NCBI RefSeq assembly: GCF_018977255.1
Contig: NW_024704742.1
Location: 88,910,001 to 88,974,000, forward strand
From: Callorhinchus milii
Taxonomy: Eukaryota
Reading direction: 5' to 3'
DNA: 64,000 bases
Positions 1-11,554 of the stretch are shown piece by piece. The notes under the pieces are model-generated. The model ran no database searches. It was not told where the DNA came from and worked only from the letters and a program-made list of their open reading frames with translations. Made by a program: the position numbers and the translations under genes. Numbering within the stretch: the first letter of the stretch is position 1; the number at the start of each line of letters is the position of its first letter.

Positions 1-829
1 TGTTTCTCCACTGTTGTTCTTTAGCTTTCAGTTGGTTCACGTTTTAACCAAGTTGAAATAGTGGAAAACAAAATAATAAAGCTGATTTTAAAAAAAAAAC
101 TCTTAGCTCAGCGCTATTCAGTAGGGCTCCGTGGCTGGAATATAAACCAATGTGTATATGCATGCACAGAAATTAAGTGGGTCCCTGCTGATCTCCACCA
201 TCAACAGATGGAAAAGGGGAGTGTGAAACACAAGCTTTGTTCTCCACTGTGGTCAACCAGCAGCTGAAGAGCAAAGACTGGCAATGGGATGGAAATGACG
301 ATTAACATTATAAGTGTCTTCAGCAAGAACACCCAAAATGCAGTGTTTATTGTGTTTTGAACACGCAAGTTGTTAGTGAAACAATTTTGTTTGAAAAGCT
401 ACTCTGAAAGTGATCAGAAATATGAAAGGGAGGCTATTTTTTTCCCTTCTTGTTATTCCACAGCAAACGTTTATGGTTTTCAACAGCCAGCACCTGCTTA
501 ATTCAAATGTGTTGGGAATGAATAATAATTTGTCTTACACTGCCAGGCGAGGGAATATTTTTTTCTCTCTCCCTTTTCATGCAAACACACCAACAATGCT
601 ACACAAAGGGAAATATTCTACAGCAGCCTCACAAATAACCTTTCCCGAGTCTTTATCCATCTGTTGCACCAGTGCCCCTTTCTTATTCATTGCACCCATT
701 ATAATTAGGGTGGGGAGCTCAGCAAAAAAAAGAATAAAACAGCAGGCAACAGCAGGAGTTTACAAAGCCAGAGAAGGTGCAAAACAGAGTTAGTTAACCC
801 TGCTAACAGTGCACCTTTGGCCAGAAGCC

Positions 830-1420
830 AGGGATTTTGTTAATTTTCTCATCTGATTAAATTAATGCGGCTGAGCTCAGAGTTGTTCCCCAAATGCAAC
901 AGCAATAACATGTTGAATAACAGCCTCTGCTTATTTTTCCAGAGAGGTCTTTTGTACAACCATAATAAATGCTTTCACTGCTTAAACTGGATTTTCTTCC
1001 CCCTCCAACCCCGCAAAAAAAAAAATTACCCTGTCCACAAAGCAATTTATTTCTTAACTCAGCATAGAAAATACAGAGAGTCAGGAGCAGGTTGCTACCC
1101 TTTATTTTTATTACATATCGACTGTCCACACCGGTGTTTCCCTTTGGCGCATGATATTAATTATATTAACGGTATTTCATGCAGAGATAACAATCCTGCG
1201 GCACTCTGCATCAGGCCAGGGAGGTAATTACAGGTGAAGGCAGTTTGTGATGAATTGCTGTCGGTGTACACACAAGGTAAAGGTAATCCCTGTTATATTT
1301 CTACTAAATTGCCTAGGATCCGTTTCGGGCTTTAAATGTATTTGTTTGTTAATTAAACAGCATCAGCACCACAAGGCAAGTCTCATTACAACTCTGGTGA
1401 GTGAAGATTGCCAATGTATG
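830..1420. promoter_or_regulatory. Candidate conserved non-coding (enhancer-like) block
   Basis: Repeat-free, no credible ORF, dense TAAT/TAATTA homeodomain-type motifs (gattaaattaatg, tattaattatattaac, ggtaattac, gttaattaaac) and retained CpGs. Conservation not tested. Confidence 0.3.
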
Positions 1421-2028
1421 GGTTGTGGTTAAAGTGCCTGGAGATGTTATCTTATGTGAAAGCTGGTCTGTAAGCATATGTTGCTGTGTGTGTAGTGGGT
1501 GGGGGGAGCGGCTGCAATGAAGGGGTTCATTTGCGTTCTTCGCTATTAGTCTTCCTTATGTAAATTAACGAATGTTTGATGATTACCAGTAGGTGGCGCT
1601 CCCTTGTTTAGAAATGGCGAGCATCCCACCTGCCTTTTCTTTACTGGATTATTGTTTTAAATGCAATTTGTGGTAACCAGAGTGACTATTAACTTTTTCT
1701 TGTTGAATGTTTGTTTTCAGCCAAAGAGAAAAGAAGCCTCTGCTGTTTCTGGGCCGAAAATAACTTTTAAGCAATTGCCAAACTTAGGTCCTGAGATCAC
1801 CTAAGAGTGGGGCAGGTGGCATCAGGATTCTGGCTCACAAATTGCCTGCAGTTCACTCATTGCCTGCCAATTAGAGAGATACTGTCTATATATACCCCCT
1901 AAAAAGCAATGGAAAACTGAGAACAACACATACACAGGTTCATTCAATGTTAAATACTGAATGCACTTCTACATTGTTCCCATTGACAACACACTCAGCA
2001 GCCCATTCGGAGTCCTGGTTGATGTGGT

Positions 2029-2351
2029 AAATAATAATAATAATCCTTGCATTTGATATAGCGCTTTTCACGTCGGGAGGACGTCCCAAAGCGCTTCACA
2101 GAACACACTGTAAAGTGAATTGACTGTATATTTGTGGGCGAACGCGGCAGCCAATTGCGCACAGCAATGTCCCACAAACAGTCGTAGATTGAAAATGACC
2201 AATTTATTATTGTTTTTGGTTTTTGGAGGGATTATTATTAGGCTCTGTGTGGAGTAAGGAAACTTGCCCAAGGTTTCGCCCTCTGCCTGGAATTGAACTC
2301 AGGTCTCTCACTTGCAAAGCGAGTGCTCTAACCACTGAGCTACAGGACTCC
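2029..2351 (-). mobile_element. tRNA-Ala-derived SINE, full length, young short subfamily (AG-insertion variant)
   Basis: Reverse complement reads GGAGTCCTGTAGCTCAGTGGTTAGAGC (A box), GTTCAATTCC (B box), Deu-like core GTGGGACATTGCTGTGCGCAATTGGCTGCC, L2-like tail and (TAT)n. Near-identical to 5206-5547. Confidence 0.95.
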
Positions 2352-2354
2352 GAA

Positions 2355-2447
2355 GGAACATGAGGAACATAGGAACATATAGCCATTTAGCCTCTTGAGT
2401 CTGTTCTGCCATTATATTAGATCATGACTGATCTTTACCTCAACTCC
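2355..2447 (-). mobile_element. CR1-clade (HER1-like) LINE 3' end fragment
   Basis: aggaacataggaacatatagccatttagcctcttgagtctgttctgccatt...gatcatgactgatctttacctcaactcc resembles shark CR1 3' termini. A similar block occurs at about 43530. Confidence 0.65.
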
Positions 2448-2639
2448 AAATATTTTATATTTAAGTGTGTTTCCAGTGTTGTGAAGTGCTGTTTTTGTTT
2501 TTGTCGGTCAGTGAAACCACTCAAAGGTCAATGCAAGTTGAGGTAGAAGGTACTTCATTCCAATGGATGCATTTGATTTTTGAGCGAACGGTTTGAAAAT
2601 GTTACCACGATTTAGCTCCAATATTCTAATTGTATTCCA

Positions 2640-2950
2640 TTCCACTGGTGAAGATGGTGATGCACCTCGCTGGGAAATGTTGCAGCCTACTTATTTAAAG
2701 CTCCTGTTTATGTTGTGCCAACTCTATTATGAAAATTGTTGCATAATAACAATAATAATAAAAAGAGACATTATGCAGGCAGCGGCTTCCTTCCATACGA
2801 GTTGCTCAGCAAACGGTTTAATGAAAACTCGTAACGCAGCAGTCTTTCACGGAAACATTCCCTGCATTATCACCACCACTATTTTTTCATGAATTATTTA
2901 CGGCTCTCTCAGAGAAACCATATAAAACAGCCCGACTCTAATATGCCTTT
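2640..2950. promoter_or_regulatory. Candidate conserved non-coding block
   Basis: Repeat-free, CpG-retaining, with Hox/Pbx-like TTTATG, TTTACG and TAAT motifs. No credible ORF. Confidence 0.25.
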
Positions 2951-3450
2951 CATTGTAAGATGTTGTTTGCGCAGCTCCCAAGGACAGCATTATGGACAAG
3001 GTACACTGCAGTTTCCCTGACTTTTGAGTGTACATCATATGGTAGGTAATGCAATGTAACTGTTTGAATTGAGCTTGACGACATCCAGTTAATCGAGTAT
3101 CCTTGACATCTTGTTGTACGAGACGTTTGATAAATTATTTTTAGCAACTTGACCCTTTTTGTTATCTAGCTTAATACTGCATTTATTTTGATATCTGGTC
3201 AAACAATCTAGGATTCAATCAGTTACACCAGATGTGCATTCATTTCGTGCACAGGATGCCAGCATTGGACTGAACGCAATGAAAATACTGCAACCCATCA
3301 AAAAGTGGGAGATAAATTCAGTGGAATAGAAAAATAACTAGAAAGAGAAAAGTGTTCAAACATTTAAGCTTAGCCAATAGTGAAGCGTTTGTCTCCACAG
3401 ATTGGGAAAACCAGCAACTGCTGCAGTCAATTTGAGCACAGAAATTCAAA

Positions 3451-3876
3451 GTGGTAGTACTCTCATTTCTGTCATAAAGCCTGTGGGTTGAAGTCCCATG
3501 TTGGGACTTTGAACTCAGACAGCCTAAGCTGACACTCCAAACAGGCTGGCGGAGCACAGCATTGTTGGAGGTGATGTCCTTCGGATGAGACATTAAACTA
3601 AGGTTCCGTTTGCCTGTTTAGGTTGACATTAAAGATCCCATGGCATTCTTCAAAAAGAGAAGGGAGTTGTCCCAATGTCCTAGCCAACAATCCTCAAGCT
3701 AAAATTGATCATTCACTCCATGGCGTTTGTGAGACATTGCTGTGCGCAAATTAGCTGCTACATTTACCTACAAAGTGCAGTCACTATACCTGACAGTTTA
3801 TCCTGTGAGGTGCTTTGGTACATCCTCTCCACATGAAATACAACCAAACGCATATCAAATGCAATGATTATCATTT
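3451..3876 (+). mobile_element. Older DeuSINE (SacSINE1/AmnSINE1-like), decayed
   Basis: gctgacactcca...ggaggtgatgtccttcggatgagacattaaac...ttaaagatcccatggca...gacattgctgtgcgcaaattagctgc, ending atcaaatgcaatgattat. Confidence 0.8.
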
Positions 3877-4156
3877 TCATAATAATTATTGTTATTAATT
3901 ATTATTATAACAGAGCTGTTACACAAGGTTGCTGGGAGACTTTGCGTCTTGTTGACAGTGTGTTGAAGGCTTCTGATATCCAGATTGACACTCTGATGGC
4001 TTCTTTGTGTCACAAAACATAATTTTGGTAAACAACAATAATAATAATAATCCTTGCATTTGATATAGGGCCTTAAATCCGCATCTCAAGCGCTTCACAG
4101 AATATACTGTAAAGTGAATTGACTATATATTTTGTTGGCGAAACAATAATACTTTT

Positions 4157-4845
4157 AACAACAACAACAACTTGGATTTATATAGCACCGTCCACGCCCG
4201 ATGGCGCCTCTGAGCGCTTTACTGAGCCAGGGGGAGCGGCCGGAAGGTGACCAAAGGCGCGGTCGATAAGAAAGGTCTTCAGCAGAGACCTGAAAATGGG
4301 AAGGGAGGGAGCGAGACAAAGGAAGTGAGGAAGGGAGTTCCAGAGACTCGGGGCACAGTGGCTGAAGGCACAGCCGCCCAGGGTGGAGCGGAGGACTCGG
4401 GGGACAAGGAGGAGGCCAGACCCGGAAGAATGAAGGCAACGGGTACTGTTTTGAGGAGAGAGAGGGTCAGAGAGGTAGGGGCTGCAGAGGAGTGCAGGGA
4501 CTTGAATACAAGGGTGAGGATCTTGAAGTCGATCCTCTCTGGGATAGGCAGCCAGTGCAGTCTGGCAAGGACTGGGGTGATCGGGGAGCGGAGTTTCATG
4601 CGGGTGAGAATACAGGCGGCAGAGTTCTGAATGAGTTGGATTTTATGGATGGTAGTAGATGGGAGACCGGCGAGGAGGGCATTGGAGTAGTCCATCCGAG
4701 AGGTGACAAAAGCATGGATCAGAGTTTCAGCGGCGTTTGGAGTGAGGTATTGGCGGAGACGAGCGATGCGACAGAGGTGGAAAAAGGCGGTGCTGGTAAG
4801 GGACCGGATGTGGGGGAGGAAGGATAATTGGGTGTCGAACCTGAA
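4157..4845 (-). mobile_element. L2 LINE 3' fragment (tail type A)
   Basis: ORF 4279-4890 gives AETLIHAFVTSRMDYSNALLAGLP...LIQNSAA...LHWLPIPERIDFKIL (L2 ORF2 C-terminus). Ends ctatataaatccaag(TTG)n. Confidence 0.92.
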
Positions 4846-5205
4846 CGTTTTATAAAGTGTAAGATGAAAACAGAGCAAAAGAAGCACCACTGGGCCATTT
4901 AAATTAGGGCTGTATTATTTTCCAATTTGATTACATTAAATATTGATGAGCGCGTTTCATCTAAAAGACAGTGGTGACCTTCAAAATACTTACATAAGTC
5001 CATTATTATTATATTTATACGGCCTTCATTTTATTCGTCCTAGGAAGTTTACAGTGATTTAATGGTTTAATAAATGGATTGAACATAGGAATAGCTAAGT
5101 ATTCTCTCATCTATTTACTGCAGATGCACAAAGTACAATATGAATTATTAAAGCTTCTGTTATATATGCATAATAAGGTAACATATTTGGCAACCAACGG
5201 AATGT

Positions 5206-5512
5206 GGAGTCCTGTAGCTCAGTGGTTAGAGCACTCGCTTTGCAAGTGAGAGACCTGAGTTCAATTCCAGGCAGAGGGCGAAACCTTGGGCAAGTTTCCT
5301 TACTCCACACAGAGCCTAATAATAATCCCTCCAAAACTAAAAACAATAATTAAATTGGTCATTTTCAATCTACGACTGTTTGTGGGACATTGCTGTGCGC
5401 AATTGGCTGCCGCGTTCGCCCACAAATATACAGTCAATTCACTTTACAGTGTGTTCTGTGAAGCGCTTTGGGACGTCCTCCCGACGTGAAAAGCGCTATA
5501 TCAAATGCAAGG

Positions 5513-5547
<35 letters not shown>
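5206..5547 (+). mobile_element. tRNA-Ala-derived SINE, full length, young short subfamily (AG-insertion variant)
   Basis: A/B boxes, TTTGCAA anticodon loop, Deu core, tail gggacgtcctcccgacgtgaaaagcgctatatcaaatgcaagg(ATT)n. Confidence 0.95.
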
Positions 5548-5548
<1 letters not shown>

Positions 5549-5734
5549 ATGATAGTATTGAATCAACCCTGTGTGGCAATTTCAGTAGTCCAGTTCCTTA
5601 GCCAGGCAGGTCCGCAGTACTCCAGGGTACTGCTGATAACAGGACAGCCAACAGGGATTCTTCTCACGCTGGGTAGCATCTGGGACTGTTTAACAGTGGC
5701 GGAACATAACACCAAGCCGGGGGGAAGGGGAGTA

Positions 5735-6252
5735 ACCATAGGCACGGTCAAAGAAGAAGGTCTTCAGGTGTGATCTGAAAATGGGGAAGGAGGGGGCAAG
5801 GCAGAGGAATTGAGGGAGAGAGAGATCCAAAGTTTCGGAGCGTAGTAGCTGGAAGTATGCCTGCTGAGGGTGAAACAGAGGGCATGAGAGACATGCAGGA
5901 GGCCAGAGCCACCCGAGTGGAGGCAGGGAGTGGTGACGTGGGGAATAAGCAGGTGGGAGAGCGAGGGAGGTGCCAGGGAGTGAAGGGCTTTGTAGACCAG
6001 GGTGAGGATCTTGAAGTCGATCTGATATTGTGATAGGGAACCAGTAGAGCCTGGTAAGGACTGGTGTGATGGGGGTGTGGATTTAGAGTGGCTGAGTACA
6101 AGGTGGAGGAGTTATGGAGCAGTTGGATTTTGGGGTTGGGGAAACTAGCGAGAAGGGCATTTGAATAGTCGAAGCAGGAGGTGACAAAGACATGGACGAG
6201 CGTTTCGGCTGTGCAGGGTATGAGATATGGTTGGAGTCGGGCATTGTGACAA
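5735..6252 (-). mobile_element. L2 LINE ORF2 C-terminal fragment
   Basis: ORF 5748-6287 contains AETLVHVFVTSCFDYSNALLA. Frameshifted downstream. Confidence 0.85.
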
Positions 6253-6403
6253 TATGCAGTACAGTATATGGAAAGTATGGGCTTCAATAGCTTTATTAAA
6301 ATAAAAGGGTACAGAAACCTGTCTCAATGTCATCAGATAGTACAGTACTTGTGTATATGTTGTGTATAACTCATATAAAATACATAACAACATAAGTCAT
6401 ATA

Positions 6404-6513
6404 CAGGGTGACCAAAAAGTTGTGATACTATTACAATGTCTAATAAGTCTTAAAGAAATTATTTTTTTACAGATAATAGGGTAGCAGAAAGATAAGACTT
6501 TTGTGTCACTCTG
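6404..6513. mobile_element. Tc1/mariner-type MITE
   Basis: Left TIR CAGGGTGACCAAAAAGT against right TIR (reverse complement) CAGAGTGACACAAAAGT, 14/17 identical. TA on both flanks (6402-6403, 6514-6515). Confidence 0.65.
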
Positions 6514-6679
6514 TATAATATGACTGATATGACTTAAGCATTATGTCAGTTTTACTGTATATAAATGTAAGCTGTAATATGTATTCACAGATGAATAAAT
6601 TCCTTTGCTTGCCTGCCTCCCTCCTTTGATGAAACATTCCAAATTTGAAAGTCCTAATGCATACCAGGAGGAAGAATAC

Positions 6680-7190
6680 ATTTCATCATTTTAATTGTCG
6701 TTAGACAGGTGGGACCTTTTCCACATTGCAGATCTACACTTTTCCGATGACACCAAAATGAATTTTGACAGAAAGGGCAAAATCCTCCACGGGATTTTTC
6801 AAGACTTGTTCCGACTTGATGTTCGACATTGGGGTTGAATCGCATCGAGAAATTAAACTCCTATCAGTTTGGTGATTACATGTAATCTGAAAAGAAAGCA
6901 CAATACAAAACGTGCACCGTGGGCTCATTTAATCTCCAGTTCTTTTCAAAGGGAGAAGAATGTAATTGTTTGTATTTATATGCATGAACTTCTCAACAAG
7001 CGGGCACAGCTAAATTGTCAACATAATGTCACACTTTCATGTCAAAACGGAATGAACTTCTGCTCCAGATACGCAATGACTAATTTCCAACACGAGGCGA
7101 TAGGGTTGAAATTGAGTATATTAATCAAATTTCATATCCCAGATACGATGACTGCACTGTTGAATTCATTTGCTTTAGCTAAAAGAGAAA
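6680..7190. promoter_or_regulatory. Candidate conserved non-coding block
   Basis: About 500 bp, repeat-free, unusually many CpGs for this window, several TAAT/TGATTA motifs, no convincing ORF. Confidence 0.3.
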
Positions 7191-8007
7191 GATAAATGAC
7201 TAGGATGGGAAACCATATCTAACAGAGATATAATTATAGTGATAATGAGTTGTTTCACATACAGAGCACAAGATAGATTGACACTAACTCTTAGTTTAAC
7301 CCTATCCAGTCTGTAGCACTGAGAGCCTGGTGCAGCACTTTTATATGCTGCTGTTGAATAAATTCTCTAAACTTGTTACAATTTATTTTCGCACCAACTG
7401 TAACCTAATGCCAGGGAGTTGCAGCGAATAGTTCAGCATGCTACAAGTGCAATGCTTTGTTCCTCACAAAGCTATTCTTTCAATGACCATATTCAGATCA
7501 CACTTGTTTTTTAGTGGCCTGATACTACAGTATGCAGCTTTTTTGCCTGACAGGATTATTCTGGTAGATAAATAGTGTTTTTTTCAGGGATGGGCTAGAG
7601 TCATTCTTGACAGTACAAATAAGATCACAAGAGAGATGCCAATGAAGAAAGCCCTTCAGTCCATTTCATTTCATTCTTGTAGAACACTATCCTCAATGGC
7701 AACCGAGTGTACTCTATTAAGCCATCTCTGCAGAAGATCTTAGAAGAGAATTTGTGTCTGATCATGTTCAAATCCTTAGCACTGAAATGTGTGAGACTTA
7801 ACTATGGTGTACCTATGTGAATGGAGGCCACTGTTCAGAAATGCTTGGAGATTTTAATCACAACATGTTACATCACCTTCATATTTCACCGAGTTAGTGT
7901 GACAATTGAGAATGGAAGACAACGCTGTGGTGAGAAATTGTTTGCAATGCAGCTGCTCCTCAAACGCACGTATTGTGTCTACTTGACTCAATTGGTGTGT
8001 ATCACCC

Positions 8008-8384
8008 TGGCTCAGTTAGAAGCACTCTTATCTCTGAGTCACAAGATTGAGGGTTCAAGCCCCAAGTTGGGACTTTGAATTCATTTAGTTTACACTGACA
8101 CTCCAATGCAGTTCTGGAGCTGTGCTGTATTGTGAAAGGTGCCATCCTTCAGATAGGACGTATAACTGAGGTTCTGTCTGCCTGTTGAGGTGGACATTAA
8201 AGATCCCATAACATTGCTCAAAAATGGAAAGGAGTTTCTCCCAGTGTCCTGGCCATTAATCCTCCAAATAAAATAAAACAAGCTCTTGACGGCTGTTGTG
8301 GGATGTTGCTGTGTACAAATTGATAGCCAATAGAAGGGCTCTGGACATGAAAGACACTGTATCAAATATAAAGGTTATTATTAT
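8008..8384 (+). mobile_element. Older DeuSINE, decayed with internal deletion
   Basis: tggctcagttagaagcactctt...ggttcaagcccc...ggtggacattaaagatccca...gtgggatgttgctgtgtacaaattg, with a (TAT) tail. Confidence 0.8.
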
Positions 8385-8459
8385 CATTGCTTGTTATAAT
8401 TACTGGGCATCTTTATCATTTTAAATTGATTTATCAACTTGAAGGAACAGATTACGAGA

Positions 8460-8640
8460 TTAGCTCAATTGTGGGATCCAAGTGGTTCTTCATGTTTCTT
8501 CACCACGTGCCCTCTACACCTGCACTGAGATACTGCTGTAACTCTATGGTCAGTGCTGGACATGAAGCAGTATCTCAGCATGTTAAGTTGTGCATGTGCC
8601 AACCTCTGGAATCGGGTGTTTGTGTTTTGGAGGTTATTGA
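8460..8640 (-). mobile_element. Possible hAT transposase C-terminal (dimerisation domain) relic
   Basis: Minus strand across one frameshift: VTAVS/SAGVEGTW*RNMKNHLDPTI, resembling the hAT motif PVSSAxxERSFSxxKxxKxxLRSTM. Confidence 0.35.
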
Positions 8641-9409
8641 AGAGCTTGTTTCTGGAATGACTCCTCAAAAACATTAAAAACAAACTGGACCTTTAACCTT
8701 CCTGAGTTGTGTGCTGCACTTCCCGAGGGGTTTCTAGGGACCACTGTGGAGTGTAGCCCAAATTGATAGTCAGTTCTCACCACATTGCTTTTGTAATGGA
8801 ACAAGGTCAATCATTGTCCTCCGGAAACATGTCCCTGCTCCAGGATATGTCAGGAGTGGGCTTCCAATATGGTTTCAGCTGGCTCGACCGCCAATTATTA
8901 TTGGAAATTGCTGCCAAGATCAGGGCTACTCAAGGTGGCTTAAAACCAGGACGACTGAGTCTATGCTCTTTCATATTGCAGTAAAAAGCAGCACCAGAAC
9001 CAAGGCAACCTTGTCGGGCAAAGGGACATTGGCCTAGTGATTAATGGCCTCACAGCAGAGTTTCAGCATTGCTTGCAAGGCCGATGACATTGTGATAGAC
9101 AGCCTTCCTTGTCAAAAGGATCTTGGCTCGTATTTAATTTAATTTAAAACAGGTCTGTGTCAGGGAGATTGACATGAAAGTTTGTGAGTAAGTAAAGCAG
9201 TACTTTGGAAACTATCAAAAGCCCTGTGAAGCACAGAGCCCTGTTGTGTGTTGGGAACATGATAGGCAGAAATTATTTTCCCATTACAATATCCCAAACA
9301 CGATTAAAACACTGATTAAAAAAAACAAGCTTCAGAAAACACATGCGCCTCTGCATGCCCAGCGCTGGCTTCAGGTATTCAGATTGCAGACAAAATGTAA
9401 TAATAATAA

Positions 9410-9915
9410 TAGAATACCATTTACATTGGGAAGACATCTCAACGTGCTTGTCACTGCCGGCTGGGCACATGTGCTGGAGGTGGAAGCCGAAAAGGGCTGG
9501 TGAGTGGGAGGATGACAGAAAGTTCGGCCAAAGAGGTATGTTTTGAGGCAGGCCTTGAACGAGGGGAGGGAGGGAGTGATCGAGCCAGAGGGATTTGAGG
9601 TTTGAGTTCCAGAGAGCAGGAATAGAATGCCTGAAAGCCTGCCTGATGATGGTGTTGCAGATAAGGCAGTGAATCGTGAAGCAGGCCGGTGTTTACTGGG
9701 CGAAGGGAAATGGCTGGGTGGGCAGGTTTGAAAGAGATCACAGAGTCAGAGATAGATGATAATCCTTGCATTTGATATATACCACCTTTCACATCAGCAA
9801 GATGTGTCAAAGTGCTTCACAGGATATTTTATAAAGTGTAGTGATGTGTATTTTGTAGGCAAATGCAGCATCCAATTTGCACGCAGCAGTATCCCACAAA
9901 CGGCCATGAAGCGAA
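9410..9915 (-). mobile_element. Decayed L2 3' fragment (about 9410-9750) abutting a DeuSINE 3' half (about 9755-9915)
   Basis: L2-like gaggcaggccttgaacgagggg...gagttccagagagcagg, followed by SINE tail aatccttgcatttgatata...gcttcacagg...tcccacaaacggccatg. Confidence 0.7.
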
Positions 9916-10199
9916 TTTCCCATGAGCTACTGTAGTTCTGTCAGTGTAGCTCCAAAATACATTTTTCTGGAGGCTTTAACCCTTTTGAGAAAAATGACTA
10001 GAAATACGACCTGGTCTTAGCTTGGAAAACTATTTCGTCTTGAAGTTTATGATTGTGCAGAATTCTGGAAAGTTCTTAATTTGCATCTTTATTTGGAAAC
10101 GACTTTCCTTCTGCTCCTCAGATAAAGTGATTTCTTCAACATCATTTGTAATTGTTATATTATATTTAAAATATGAATGATAATATATATCTCATGAAG

Positions 10200-10415
10200 G
10201 TATAGAATCTAAGATCAGTTTGGATGAAGAAGGCCCATCTAATCCTATCCCTGTAGAGCACCATTCGACCGTCCTCCCATTTACAGCACCATATATTGCA
10301 TCGGATTGGAACTCCCATTTTCGCCCACAAATATAGACAGTCAATTCACTTTTCAATATATTCGTGAAATGCTTTGAAACGTCTGTGATAAGGTTCTATA
10401 TCAAATTCAAGGATG

Positions 10416-10447
<32 letters not shown>

Positions 10448-10560
10448 CAAGCTGCATTTTAACTGAGTCCAGTGTCCTGGCCTTAACAACCCATGACCAA
10501 CACGCCCTGGAGTGCTACACCTAATAAACTGCTTTCAAATCAAGGTAATTTGTTGCATCT
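10200..10560 (-). mobile_element. Old CR1 3' fragment interrupted by a SINE 3' fragment (about 10320-10447, +)
   Basis: atagaatctaagatcag...gaagaaggcccatctaatcc, then SINE core and tail with (TAT)n, then the CR1 resumes (tcaagctgcattttaactgagtccagtgtcctggcc). Confidence 0.55.
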
Positions 10561-11554
10561 CCTTTCCGCTCCTTCCTATTTTAATGGTTACAGCAAATTA
10601 TTCATTGGTCTAACCTGTGTTGTCTGTTGAAAGGATCCTTACATAGCAGAGTAGAGCTTGCATTGAAGAACAGGAATTCCATTCCAAGAGGATGTTGTGT
10701 CAGATTGGAGCTCTCCCATTCATCGAGACTCTTTGTTGAAGATTCCTGTAAGAAAAAACACAGATCAGATCTCATTGCTTGTCCCCAATTTCACTTTCAA
10801 ATCATTTCATGAGGTACCCGATTAGCCATCATCTAAATGTGTGTTATCCAAATCTGCTAGCTAACAATGCGATCATGTTTATGTCGCTGACTCATATATC
10901 GAAACCTTCCCCTTCTTCCCTTTACATACTTTATGTAAAGGGATGATTTTAATCACAAAATGTGATAAAGCACTCCGACATGCTATCTGCGTGACGGGTG
11001 CTATATAAATTCAAGTTGTTGTTGTTGAATCAGTGGCACTCAGGCAGATTTCAGGAATAGAGGAATGGGACACCTCTTATTTTGTCATGAGACAAACCCT
11101 TTAAACAATGTGTTTCTCAGTTGTTTACCTCGCACCGCACTTCCAGTAAATCCAAATTGACAGCGACAAAATGCCAGTTAGGAAGACAAATTGATTTTAA
11201 ATTCATGACTTATTTCATTTACATGCTGAGTGCAGACATTTTGCAGTGAGATAAGAGTGGTATCTTTCACATTGGCTTGTGAAGAAAGAACGGACTGGCT
11301 ATCACCTCGCCTGTCATTTTGTATGCAGATGCTCTTGATAAAACAAAACTAGCTCACCAGGAAATGCCAGGAAATGCCAGATATATGAACGGCTAGCAGC
11401 AGCACCTGTTAGAGAAAATGTAAGAGGAAAGGTCAAAGGCAACAGTTAGTCTCTCATCATTGTTCATATCAGACATTTGAAGTAAGTGTTGTATTCTGCA
11501 CTAGTTGTTACAGCAGGTACAATCACAAACTGGACTCAGTTTCTGCTAAGCCAA

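Noticed and set aside
410..1227. ORFs of 120-127 aa near the window start
   Set aside because: No domain resemblance or splice structure. Their length is compatible with chance.
5206..5280. tRNA-Ala(TGC) genes
   Set aside because: Each tRNA-like head continues into the SINE body and tail, with degenerate acceptor or T stems and no poly-T terminator after the tRNA portion.
5286..5601. Recurrent ORFs MGKFPYSTQ.../MWDIAVRNWLPRSPTNIQ... as a multicopy gene family
   Set aside because: They are chance frames of the SINE. They start at TTG/GTG, shift frame between copies and run into (TAT)n.
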